64,000 bases of DNA from Clostridia bacterium (GTDB lineage: Bacteria; Bacillota; Clostridia; Christensenellales; Aristaeellaceae). The notes under the pieces are model-generated. The model was given only the letters and a program-made list of their open reading frames with translations, was not told where the DNA came from and did not search any database. The position numbers were made by a program, and so were the translations under genes. Every line of letters starts with the position of its first letter. Position 1 is the first letter of the stretch. Of this stretch, positions 20,283 to 29,250 are shown one piece after another. The stretch spans positions 1,130-65,129 of the forward strand of contig JAZOUD010000143.1 of assembly GCA_045658005.1 (NCBI GenBank). Direction: 5' to 3'.

Positions 20283-21733
20283 GTGAATACATTCATCCTG
20301 ACGGAGGGCTTTAAAAACGCGCCCTGGTTCTTCCTGGACTCCCACAACATCGTGCCACGCCCGGGATTGGAGGGGACCGCCTTCCGGCTGGAGGCGGGGG
20401 AGGCCTTTTGCGTGGATATCGCGGTTTTCGACTACCCCGCGGCGGATGCCCGGGGGATCAACGGCGCCGTCCGCTGGGTGTACCGTCGCTTCCACGAACC
20501 GCCCCGGGAGGGCCTGCCCATACAGACTGCGGTGGCGGACATCGCGACTGCGGTGTCCCGCGACGCATGGCTCGAGGACAGCGACGCCTATGCCGGGTTC
20601 GTGTTCGACTGGCAGTACGACCACGAGGTGCGCCGCCTGCCCTCCATCACCTGGACCAACGGCCTGGCCGTGGCCGTGCCGATGCTCCAGGCCGCGCACC
20701 GCCTGGGACGGGAGGACATACGCGCCCAGGCGCTGCGCTGCATCGACCATATCGTGGATACCTCGATCAATCCGAGGAACGGCCTGCCCTTCACCGCGGA
20801 GGTCGACGGGACCTGGTGCAACCGGGGCTGGTGGTACGACAGGCAGCCCGTTCCCGGCCACGCCGCCTACCTGGTCGGCCAGGCGCTGTACTACATACTG
20901 AAGGCGTATGCCCTTGAAAGGGGCGCGGCGCAGACCACGGCAAATGGCTGGCCTATGTCGAAGGCGCGCTTGAAAAGGTGGAGCGCACCCTCAACAGCGA
21001 CGGGGAGTATCCCTATGTCTTTTCCGAGGACAGCGGCGCGGGCCTGTGCTACGATTCCATGTCGGGCGCGTGGTGCCTGGCTGCGGCGGCGTACCACGCG
21101 GCGCTGACCGGCGACCGGCTACAGCTTCCCAAGTGGCTGGAAAGCGAAGCCCACTATCACTGCGCGTACATCGTGCCCATGGTCTGCTACGGCGGCCCGC
21201 TGGACATCGACAAGCAGGTGGACTCCGAGGGGGTGCTGGCCTATATACGGGCGGTGCGCTGGCTCCATGAATTGACCGGAGACGAAAAGCTGCTTTTGCA
21301 CATGAGCGACGCGCTGGAATATGAATTCACCTTCAAGTTCTGCTACAACTCGCCCATCAAGGTGCCGCCGCTGAGCCGGGTGGGGTGGAGCAGCTGCGGC
21401 GGCAGCATCACCTCCGTCACCAATCCCCACATCCATCCCATGTCCTCCACCGTCGCGGATGCGCTCGCGTACTTTGTGCAGAAGACCGGCGATGAGTACG
21501 TGAACAGCCGCTTATTGGATACCGTGAACTGGAGCCGCCAGGTGTCCAGCCGCTACGACGGGGAATACGACTACGGCAGGCGGGGCTGGATGAGCGAGCG
21601 CTTCTGCCACTGCGAGGGCCTGCTGACGGAGCGCTACCCCGACGGCACGCCGGCCAGCACCTGGTTTGCGCTGATGCCCTGGGCCTGCGGCAGCATACTG
21701 GAGGCGCTGGCCGGCGAGAATTGGGATGACTGA
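20283..21733 (+). pseudogene. Single about-480-aa gene of unrecognised family, split by a frameshift near 20917-20945
   Basis: ORFs 20283..21107 and 20978..21733 overlap. The second frame is open from 20918 and reads ...KGRGADHGKWLAYVEGALEKVERT..., which continues the first ORF smoothly (...YILKAYALE). Confidence 0.6.
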
Positions 21734-21885
21734 CCGTGACAGCCGCGCGGACATTGGACAGAAATGTTGCGGCGACGCCGGCACGGCCAGGGCTTCCCTT
21801 GACGATTGAAATGCCATGTGGGCGCGTAACTTCGTGCCACCGCAGGCAAGGTTTTTCTCGATGCGCCACCCATACGATGATGGCC

Positions 21886-21914
21886 TTGCCCGCGGGATCG
21901 TAACATGCTAAAAT
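21886..21914 (+). promoter_or_regulatory. Sigma-A-type promoter (TTGCCC, 17 nt, TGcTAAAAT)
   Basis: The hexamers lie at 21886-21891 and 21909-21914, upstream of the prephenate dehydratase gene. Confidence 0.4.
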
Positions 21915-21946
21915 ATCGATAGCTAATGCTGCATTGACAAGAAAGG

Positions 21947-22852
21947 ATGAGTATTATGAAATTTCGCGCCATCGTCCTGATTATGGTCCTCGTCGTCTGC
22001 GGCCAGGCCTCCCTCGCGGAGGTCAGCTACCTCGGCCCGGAGGGCACGTATACGCAGGAGGCAGCCCAATTCTGGTTTGAGGGCGGCGAGGCCCTCGTTC
22101 CCTGCAAGACCGTAAACGACGCCATATCGGATATGCTTTCGGGCCAGGCGGATTACGCCGTCATTCCCCAGGAGAATACCCTTGGCGGCGCGGTGCTCAA
22201 TTACGTGGACGCCCTGATCGCCTCGGAGGACGCCTATGTGGTCGGGGAGGTCATACTGCCCATCAACCAGACCCTGATGGGCGTCCCCGGCGCGAAGCTG
22301 GAGGACATCCGCACCGTCTGCTCCCATGCGCAGGGGCTGGCCCAGAGCGCCCAATGGCGCAAGGACCATCTGCCGAAGGCCGGGGCGCAGGAGATGGACA
22401 GCACCGCCGCCGCGGCCAGCTACGTGGCAGAGCAGGGCGACAGGAGCATCGCCGCCGTGGCCGCGCCCGGGGCCGCGCCGCTGTACGGCCTGGAGGTGCT
22501 GGCGGAAAACGTCCAGATCACCGACGCCAACAAGACGCGGTTCTACGTGCTGTCCAGCCAACCGCTGGAGGGGGAGAGACAGACGCGGGCGGTGTTCGTG
22601 GCCACCTGCGAATGTGGCAGCCTGGACGACATCATGCTGGCCATACACGACGCCGGCCTGGAGCCGGTGGCGCTGCACGATCGGCCGGAGGGCAGCGCGC
22701 TGGGCCGCTACCACTACGTGATCGAGGTGGAGGGCACCGACCCCATCGGGGACGAACAGATCGACAGGGTAAGGGCCATCGAGGGCGTTCGATTTGCGGG
22801 ACGCTTTGAGTCGGCGGAAAAAGCCGTGAATCAGGCGGAAAGGATCCGGTGA
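21947..22852 (+). CDS. pheA: Prephenate dehydratase (PDT plus ACT domains) with a hydrophobic N-terminal extension
   Basis: The PDT start is SYLGPEGTYTQEAA and QENTLGGAV is present. The C-terminal region is ACT-like. The alternative start at 21956 has better RBS spacing. Confidence 0.8.
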   Translation: MSIMKFRAIVLIMVLVVCGQASLAEVSYLGPEGTYTQEAAQFWFEGGEALVPCKTVNDAISDMLSGQADYAVIPQENTLGGAVLNYVDALIASEDAYVVGEVILPINQTLMGVPGAKLEDIRTVCSHAQGLAQSAQWRKDHLPKAGAQEMDSTAAAASYVAEQGDRSIAAVAAPGAAPLYGLEVLAENVQITDANKTRFYVLSSQPLEGERQTRAVFVATCECGSLDDIMLAIHDAGLEPVALHDRPEGSALGRYHYVIEVEGTDPIGDEQIDRVRAIEGVRFAGRFESAEKAVNQAERIR

Positions 22853-22912
22853 GCCTGCCGGCGGTTATGGCAGGTTCGGGAAAAGACATTCTGTGACTGC
22901 GGAGGTGGCGGC

Positions 22913-24439
22913 TTGGATATCATCGCGATCGACCTGAAATCCTTCTATGCCTCCGTGGAATGCCGGGCGCGCAATCTCGATCCGCTGACGACCAATCTCG
23001 TGGTCGCGGACGCCTCGCGCACGGAGAAGACCATCTGCCTGGCGGTATCGCCGTCCCTGAAGCGCCATGGCATTCCCGGACGGCCCAGGCTGTTCGAGGT
23101 CGTGCAGCGCATCCGGGCGGTCAACCGGGAAAGGGCCAAGGCCGCGCCGGGCGGCCGGCTCACCGGGGAATCCTGCGATGCCCGGGCGCTGCAGGCCGAC
23201 CCGAGGCTGGCGGTGGGCTATATCATCGCCACGCCGCAGATGGCGCACTATATGAGGATCAGCACGCAGATCTATGACATCTACACCCGGTATATCGCTC
23301 CCGAGGACATCCACGTCTATTCCATCGACGAGGTGTTCATGGACGTGACCCATTATACGCACCTCTACAGGGCAGAGGCGGAAAGGGCGGGCATGGGCGT
23401 GGCGCGCTACATGGCGCTGATGCTCATACGCAAGGTGCTGGCATCGACGGGCATCACCGCGACCGCGGGCATCGGCGCCAACCTCTACCTCGCGAAGGTG
23501 GCCATGGATGTGCTCGCCAAGCACGTGGAGGCGGATGAGGACGGCGTGCGCATCGCTGAGCTGGACGAGATGTCCTACCGGCGCACGATGTGGGAGCACC
23601 GCCCCCTGACGGATTTCTGGCGGGTGGGCAGGGGCTACGCGAGGCGGCTGGAGGCTGCGGGCCTTTACACGATGGGCGATATCGCCCTCTGCTCGGAGGT
23701 GAACGAGGCGCTGCTGTACAAGCTCTTCGGCGTCAACGCAGAGCTGCTGATCGACCACGCGTGGGGATGGGAGCCCTGCACGATCCGCGACATCAAGGCC
23801 TACAGGCCCCAGAGCAACAGCCTCTCCGCCGGCCAGGTGCTGAAGGCACCCTATCCCGCGGACAGGGCCCGCCTGATCGTCCGCGAGATGATGGACGGCA
23901 TGGCGCTGGACCTTGTGAAGAAGGGCCTGGCCACGGATCAGATCGCATTGACCGTCGTATATGATATCGAAAACCTTGCCTCGACGGAGATACGATCAGG
24001 CTACGACGGCCCCGTTACCGTGGATTACTATGGCCGCGAAGTGCCAAAGCCCGGGCACGGCTCGATCAACCTCGACGGCTATACCTCCTCCGCGAAGCAG
24101 ATCATACGCGCGGCCCTTGCCCTCTATGACCGAATCGTCAATCCCGCGCTGCTCGTGCGCCGGATATACGTCGCCTGCAACCATGTAAGGGATGAGGCGG
24201 CGGTCGAAGCCGGCAGGGCGGCAGCGCCCGTCCAGCTGGATATGTTCACCGATTACGCAGCCCTCGAGCAGCGCGCCCGGGAAGAGAAAAACGCCCGCGA
24301 ACGCGAGCGCAGGCAGCAGGAGGCCATACTGGCCATCAAGGAAAAATGGGGAAAAAACGCCATACTGAAGGGCATGAGCTTTGAAGACGGCGCGACCGCG
24401 CGGGAGCGGAACGAGCAGGTCGGCGGGCACAGGGCGTAG
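22913..24439 (+). CDS. Y-family DNA polymerase (ImpB/MucB/SamB, UvrX-like)
   Basis: The TTG start follows RBS GGAGGTG. The N-terminus is IIAIDLKSFYASVEC, and SIDEVFMDVT carries the catalytic acids. Confidence 0.85.
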   Translation: MDIIAIDLKSFYASVECRARNLDPLTTNLVVADASRTEKTICLAVSPSLKRHGIPGRPRLFEVVQRIRAVNRERAKAAPGGRLTGESCDARALQADPRLAVGYIIATPQMAHYMRISTQIYDIYTRYIAPEDIHVYSIDEVFMDVTHYTHLYRAEAERAGMGVARYMALMLIRKVLASTGITATAGIGANLYLAKVAMDVLAKHVEADEDGVRIAELDEMSYRRTMWEHRPLTDFWRVGRGYARRLEAAGLYTMGDIALCSEVNEALLYKLFGVNAELLIDHAWGWEPCTIRDIKAYRPQSNSLSAGQVLKAPYPADRARLIVREMMDGMALDLVKKGLATDQIALTVVYDIENLASTEIRSGYDGPVTVDYYGREVPKPGHGSINLDGYTSSAKQIIRAALALYDRIVNPALLVRRIYVACNHVRDEAAVEAGRAAAPVQLDMFTDYAALEQRAREEKNARERERRQQEAILAIKEKWGKNAILKGMSFEDGATARERNEQVGGHRA

Positions 24440-24493
24440 TCCTGGCCCGGGTTGCTGCAAGCAGGATCGGAAAAGCCTGAAGAGAGGGATCAA

Positions 24494-24895
24494 ATGGGAA
24501 AATACGACGCAATCATCGATCATCCCCATCACGTATCTGCCGTCCACCCCCGTATGAGCATGCTCAACCGGGCGGCGCAGTTCAGCCCCTTCGCGGCGCT
24601 GACGGGATACGGTGACCAGATCGCCGAGGCGGCGCGCCTGACCGATCGCCGAATCGAGCTGACCGAGGCGGAGGAAGCGGAGATCGGCCGGAAGCTGGGC
24701 GCCATAGAGCGTGGGGACGAGGTCGAATTGACCTGGTTTGTGCCGGATGAGCGGAAGGCCGGCGGTCGCTACGTGACGGAGCGGGTGCGTGTAAAGCAGG
24801 TCTCGTCGCCGGAAGAAAAGGTCCTGCTGGCCGGCGGACGAAGCGTTGATATCGGGCAGATCATCGATGTGGCCGCTGTCGGCAGGGAGCAGTGA
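24494..24895 (+). CDS. YolD-like protein (accessory partner of UvrX-type polymerases)
   Basis: The sequence RMSMLNRAAQFSPFAALTGY is the YolD-like signature. The gene lies directly downstream of the Y-family polymerase. Confidence 0.7.
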   Translation: MGKYDAIIDHPHHVSAVHPRMSMLNRAAQFSPFAALTGYGDQIAEAARLTDRRIELTEAEEAEIGRKLGAIERGDEVELTWFVPDERKAGGRYVTERVRVKQVSSPEEKVLLAGGRSVDIGQIIDVAAVGREQ

Positions 24896-24925
24896 CGGCC
24901 GGCCTCCGATGGCAGGCGCGGGGGA

Positions 24926-25126
24926 TCAATAGCGCCGGAAGCTGCAAACATCCCCGATGTCCACGCGAAGCGCCACGCATAGCCGCTCGATGACGTCCAG
25001 CCGGACGGACTCGTCCTTTACGAGCTTTTGATAGGTGGATTCACTGATTCCAGCAAGGTGTATGATATCGCGCGGCGTTTTCCCGCGACGTTGGAGGAGG
25101 AGCCAGAGCTTTTTATAAGTGATCAT
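24926..25126 (-). CDS. XRE-family helix-turn-helix transcriptional regulator
   Basis: MITYKKLWLLLQRRGKTPRDIIHLAGISESTYQKLVKDE... is a typical short Cro/CI-type HTH. The start was moved to the internal ATG at 25126. Confidence 0.75.
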   Translation of the reverse strand: MITYKKLWLLLQRRGKTPRDIIHLAGISESTYQKLVKDESVRLDVIERLCVALRVDIGDVCSFRRY

Positions 25127-25349
25127 CGATGCGCGCCTCCTGTGATCGTTACTCCAAAAGGTGGGGACTATTATTGTATCACAAGCAGGCGGCGGCGGGG
25201 TAGACAATATTCGGGTTTTACCATTTCAATTTTCTTGCAGATGTGACGGACCCGGAAATTACCTTGACGATTATTGCGGCTTTATCATTGACATTTAACC
25301 CCAAATGTGGGATAGTATAGCCAGCTGATATGAAGAGGAGAAGCTGAAA

Positions 25350-27632
25350 ATGGTGAAATGCTTCATTGCGATTCTGTCCGTGGTGGCGCTTTGGGTTGGG
25401 GGCATGGCCTGTGCGGAATCCACTGATGTGATGGAATACAACGGCAGGCGCATCGGCGTGACGACCGGCTCGATATTCGACGCCATCGTCAAGAAGGATC
25501 TGCCTGACGCCGAAGTTGTTTACCTCGACTCTTCCGGAGATATGATCGCCGCCCTGGAGTCCGGCAAGATCGACGGATTTGTGGTGGATGAACCGGCAGG
25601 GCGGCAAATCAGCGCGGAAAACCATCGCGTTACCCTGGCGGACGGATATCTGGAAACCTTTGAATTTGGCTTTGTACTGCCCAAAACCGACAAGGGAGAC
25701 ACGCTGCTGAAGGAGCTCGACGCATGGCTCGCTTCCATGGAGCAGAGCGGCGCCCTGGACCGGGTATTTGAAAAATGGCAGTCGCCTTCGGAGGCGGGGA
25801 AGACCATGCCCGACTACAGGGCGTTTCCGGCGACGAAGGGAACGCTGACCCTGGCTACCGAGGGCGATTATGTGCCCATGAATTACTATCGCGGCCTGGA
25901 GGTCGTCGGCGCGGAGGTCGACATCGCGGCACAATTCTGCGAAGCCAACGGCTACGGACTCCAGGTGAAGACCATGAGCTTCGACGGCATACTGCCCGCC
26001 GTGCAGTCTGGAAAGGTGGATTTTGCCGCGGGCGGCATCACCATCACCGAAGAGCGCCGGGAGAGCGTCAGCTTCTCGGTGCCCTACTATGCCGGCGGAA
26101 CGGTGATGCTGGTCCTCAAGGACGATGCCCCGTCTGTCGGGCAGCCGACGGATGGAATCCGCTGGCAGGATTACAACGGAAAGACAATCGGCGTCATGGT
26201 CGGCCCGATCATGGAGAACGTCGCGAACCAGTTCTTCCCGGACAGCGAGCACCTGCTCTTCAACGGCTACCCGGACTGCATCGCGGCGCTGCTTTCGAAA
26301 AAGATCGACGGCTATCTGGCGGATGAGCCGGAGATGAAATCCACGCACGCGGAGCAGCCGGAGATCGACTATATCCACGAGCGCCTGACCGAGAACGAAT
26401 ACTGCTTCGCCTTCCGGAAGAACGACCCGCAGAGCGCGGCGCTGTGCCAGGAGCTGAACGACTTCCTCGCCAGAAGCCGGGAAAACGGCACGATGCAGGA
26501 ATTGGACGACATCTGGTTTGGCAACGACGAAGACAGGAAGGTCGTCAATATGGACGACCTGACGGGAACAAACGGGACCGTCAGGGTCGTCACCACGGCG
26601 ACGGACATGCCCTATTCGTACATCAGGGACGGGAAAAACGTCGGCTATGATATCGACCTCGTGGTCCGCTTCTGCCGGGACAGGGGCTATGCCCTGGAGC
26701 TGGGGGACGTGGATTTCGCCGGGCGCATCCCCGCCATAGAGTCGGGCAAATACGACTTCACCACCGACATGAACGTGACGCCGGAGCGCCAGGAGCAGGT
26801 GCTCTTTTCCGATCCCACCAGCTATGGCGGCGTCGTGCTGGCGGTTCGAAGCGAGGACCTGGCCGCCGCTGACAGCGGCCAGGACACCGAGGCGAAGCCG
26901 TCGGCGGCAAAGCCGTTCCTGGACTCGATCCGCGACAGCTTTGTCAAGACGTTTATCCGGGAAAACCGCTATAAGCTCTTTATATCCGGTGTGCTGACGA
27001 CCCTGCAGATCACCCTGCTGTCCATACTCTTCGGCACGCTGCTCGGCTTTGCGCTGTTTATGCTGTGCCGCAACGGAAACCCAATCGCCAACGGCATAAC
27101 CCGCTTTTGCATGTGGCTGGTGCAGGGCATGCCGATGGTGGTGCTGCTGATGGTGCTCTACTACGTCATATTCGGCACGGTGTCCATCAGCAGCATCCTC
27201 GTGGCGGTGATCGGCTTCACATTCACCTTCGGCTCGTCGGTATTCGGTCTTTTGAGGATGGGCGTGGGCGCGGTGGATGTCGGCCAGTATGAAGCAGCCT
27301 GGGCGCTGGGCTATTCCGACCGGCGGACCTTCTTCAAGATCATACTGCCCCAGGCGCTGCCCCACGTACTGCCGGCCTACAGGGGCGGGATCGTGAGCCT
27401 GATCAAGGCCACGGCCATCGTGGGCTACATCGCGGTGCAGGACCTGACCAAGATGGGCGACATCGTGAGGAGCCGCACCTATGAGGCCTTCTTCCCGTTG
27501 ATCGCGGTGACCATCATCTATTTTTTGCTGGAGGAGCTGGTTGGCTTGATCGCCAGCCGAATCACCATAAGCTTTAATCCGAAGCGGCGCAAGGCCGAGC
27601 AAATCCTAAAGGGAGTCAAGATCGATGATTAA
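25350..27632 (+). CDS. Amino-acid ABC transporter with two tandem substrate-binding domains fused to the permease (GlnP-type)
   Basis: A signal peptide is followed by two SBP_bac_3-like domains (about 25.4-26.1 kb and 26.1-26.85 kb) and then a polar-amino-acid permease domain. Confidence 0.85.
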   Translation: MVKCFIAILSVVALWVGGMACAESTDVMEYNGRRIGVTTGSIFDAIVKKDLPDAEVVYLDSSGDMIAALESGKIDGFVVDEPAGRQISAENHRVTLADGYLETFEFGFVLPKTDKGDTLLKELDAWLASMEQSGALDRVFEKWQSPSEAGKTMPDYRAFPATKGTLTLATEGDYVPMNYYRGLEVVGAEVDIAAQFCEANGYGLQVKTMSFDGILPAVQSGKVDFAAGGITITEERRESVSFSVPYYAGGTVMLVLKDDAPSVGQPTDGIRWQDYNGKTIGVMVGPIMENVANQFFPDSEHLLFNGYPDCIAALLSKKIDGYLADEPEMKSTHAEQPEIDYIHERLTENEYCFAFRKNDPQSAALCQELNDFLARSRENGTMQELDDIWFGNDEDRKVVNMDDLTGTNGTVRVVTTATDMPYSYIRDGKNVGYDIDLVVRFCRDRGYALELGDVDFAGRIPAIESGKYDFTTDMNVTPERQEQVLFSDPTSYGGVVLAVRSEDLAAADSGQDTEAKPSAAKPFLDSIRDSFVKTFIRENRYKLFISGVLTTLQITLLSILFGTLLGFALFMLCRNGNPIANGITRFCMWLVQGMPMVVLLMVLYYVIFGTVSISSILVAVIGFTFTFGSSVFGLLRMGVGAVDVGQYEAAWALGYSDRRTFFKIILPQALPHVLPAYRGGIVSLIKATAIVGYIAVQDLTKMGDIVRSRTYEAFFPLIAVTIIYFLLEELVGLIASRITISFNPKRRKAEQILKGVKIDD

Positions 27633-28716
27633 GATTGAACATCTGAGAAAGGAATACCCGAACGTCGTACCGCTGGAGGATGTCAGTGTGGAGATCCGCG
27701 ACGGGGACGTGATCGCCATCATCGGCCCCTCCGGCACGGGCAAGAGCACGCTGCTCAGGTGCATCAACCAGCTGGAAAAGCCCACGTCGGGCAGGATCTG
27801 GGTGGACGATGTGGAAATCACGGACCCGAAGTGCGACATCAACAAGGTCCGGCAGAAGATGGGCATGGTCTTCCAGAGCTTCAACCTGTTCGGGCACAAG
27901 ACCGTGATCGAAAACGTCATGATGGCCCCGATGGACCTGCTGGGCAAGGGCAAGCAGGAGGCCTACGACACCGGCATGCGCCTGCTGCGCACCGTCGGCC
28001 TCGCCGAGAAGGCGCTGAATTATCCCGACGAGCTGTCCGGCGGGCAGAAGCAGCGCATCGCCATCGCCCGCACGCTGGCCATGGACCCGGGCGTGATCCT
28101 GCTGGATGAGCCGACCAGCGCCCTGGACCCGACGATGGTGGGGGAGGTGCAGGCGGTCATCCGCGACCTGGCCAAGACGGGTAAGACCATGATGATCGTC
28201 ACCCACGAAATGCGCTTTGCCCGGGCCATCAGCAACCGGGTGTTCTACATGGACGAGGGCTGCATCTATGAGGATGGCTCGCCGGAGCAGGTCTTTGAAG
28301 CCCCGAAGCGGGAAAAGACGCGCCGGTTTGTGCAGCGCCTCAAGGTGCTGGAGCTGAACATCGAGAGCCGGGATTACGACTTCTTCGGCATGGCCTCCCA
28401 GATCGAGGCCTACTGCAACAAAAACCAGATTCCGCCCCGGCTGGCCAATCACGTACAACTGACCTTCGAGGAGGCGGTGCAGCAGCTGATCGGCGTCGTG
28501 AAGGAGCCGCGCATACAGGCCGTCTGCGAGTACTCCGAGGCGACGGAGGCCGCGGAATGGCGGATTCGCTACGGCGGGGCACAGCTGGACGTGACCCAGG
28601 CGGGCGATGAAGTGTCCCTCAGGGTGCTCAAGGGCATGACCGAGGGCATGCAGTACGACTGGACGGAGGACGAGGCGCTGCCCAACAGGCTGTGCATGCG
28701 CGTAAAGAGCAACTGA
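27625..28716 (+). CDS. Amino-acid ABC transporter ATP-binding protein (GlnQ-like) with a C-terminal extension of about 115 aa
   Basis: It has Walker A GPSGTGKST, signature LSGGQKQR and Walker B ILLDEPTSALD. The extra C-terminal domain runs from about 28340. Confidence 0.85.
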   Translation: MIKIEHLRKEYPNVVPLEDVSVEIRDGDVIAIIGPSGTGKSTLLRCINQLEKPTSGRIWVDDVEITDPKCDINKVRQKMGMVFQSFNLFGHKTVIENVMMAPMDLLGKGKQEAYDTGMRLLRTVGLAEKALNYPDELSGGQKQRIAIARTLAMDPGVILLDEPTSALDPTMVGEVQAVIRDLAKTGKTMMIVTHEMRFARAISNRVFYMDEGCIYEDGSPEQVFEAPKREKTRRFVQRLKVLELNIESRDYDFFGMASQIEAYCNKNQIPPRLANHVQLTFEEAVQQLIGVVKEPRIQAVCEYSEATEAAEWRIRYGGAQLDVTQAGDEVSLRVLKGMTEGMQYDWTEDEALPNRLCMRVKSN

Positions 28717-28737
28717 AGGCATTCAAGAGCGGAATAT

Positions 28738-28785
28738 GGCGAGGCCACCGGCCCGGCGACGGGTCTGGTGGCCTCGCCGTTTCTG
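28738..28785 (+). terminator. Rho-independent terminator after the glnQ-like gene
   Basis: A 12-bp stem, GGCGAGGCCACC / GGTGGCCTCGCC (28738-28749 / 28767-28778), is followed by GTTTCTGG. Confidence 0.7.
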
Positions 28786-29250
28786 GGGCGCCGAGACCGG
28801 CCAAAACGCGGGATTGCGTAACAAAATCGCATAGAACTTTTCCAAAACTCAATGTGACAATCTGGAACCTCCTATTGTAAATGGCGGTGAAATGTGCGTA
28901 GAATGGAATGGATTGTGTATTTTTTTTCGCCGCGAAAACGGGAAACAGTAATCGCGAAATTATCGCCCTGACGATCGGCGCGACGCTGATGTTCATCCTA
29001 TGCGTCAAAGGCCGAATACTATAAAAGAACGGGTTTGACAGGCGGAGCATGAGATGATTTTTCCCCTCCTGTTCAGTTGAATTATAACGAAAATTGTCAC
29101 ATCTATCAATCATATTTTCGGGATTTCTTCACAAGAGTCGCGGGAATATGCTATAAAATAATAGATATATAAGACTTTTTTCTGTTGCACAGTGTCTCAC
29201 CCTGAGTTTGCGGGTGTTCAGTCGGATATGAGTTGCTTTGGAGGACTTTC

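Noticed and set aside
22853-22912. LexA box upstream of the Y-family polymerase
   Set aside because: No CGAAC-N4-GTTC-like sequence is present in this interval. Only the site at 1508-1521 meets the consensus.
28908-29024. 38-codon ORF encoding a single TM helix in the glnQ-GH13 intergenic region
   Set aside because: It has no convincing RBS and no recognisable family, and it lies in an AT-rich spacer where short ORFs arise by chance.
28850-29102. 10-bp inverted repeat ATGTGACAAT / ATTGTCACAT flanking about 235 bp of AT-rich spacer, considered as possible MITE ends or regulator sites. A related TTGTCACA occurs at about 34553.
   Set aside because: A 10-mer finding its reverse complement within 300 nt is expected by chance several times in 64 kb. 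There are no target-site duplications and no extended similarity beyond 10-11 bp.
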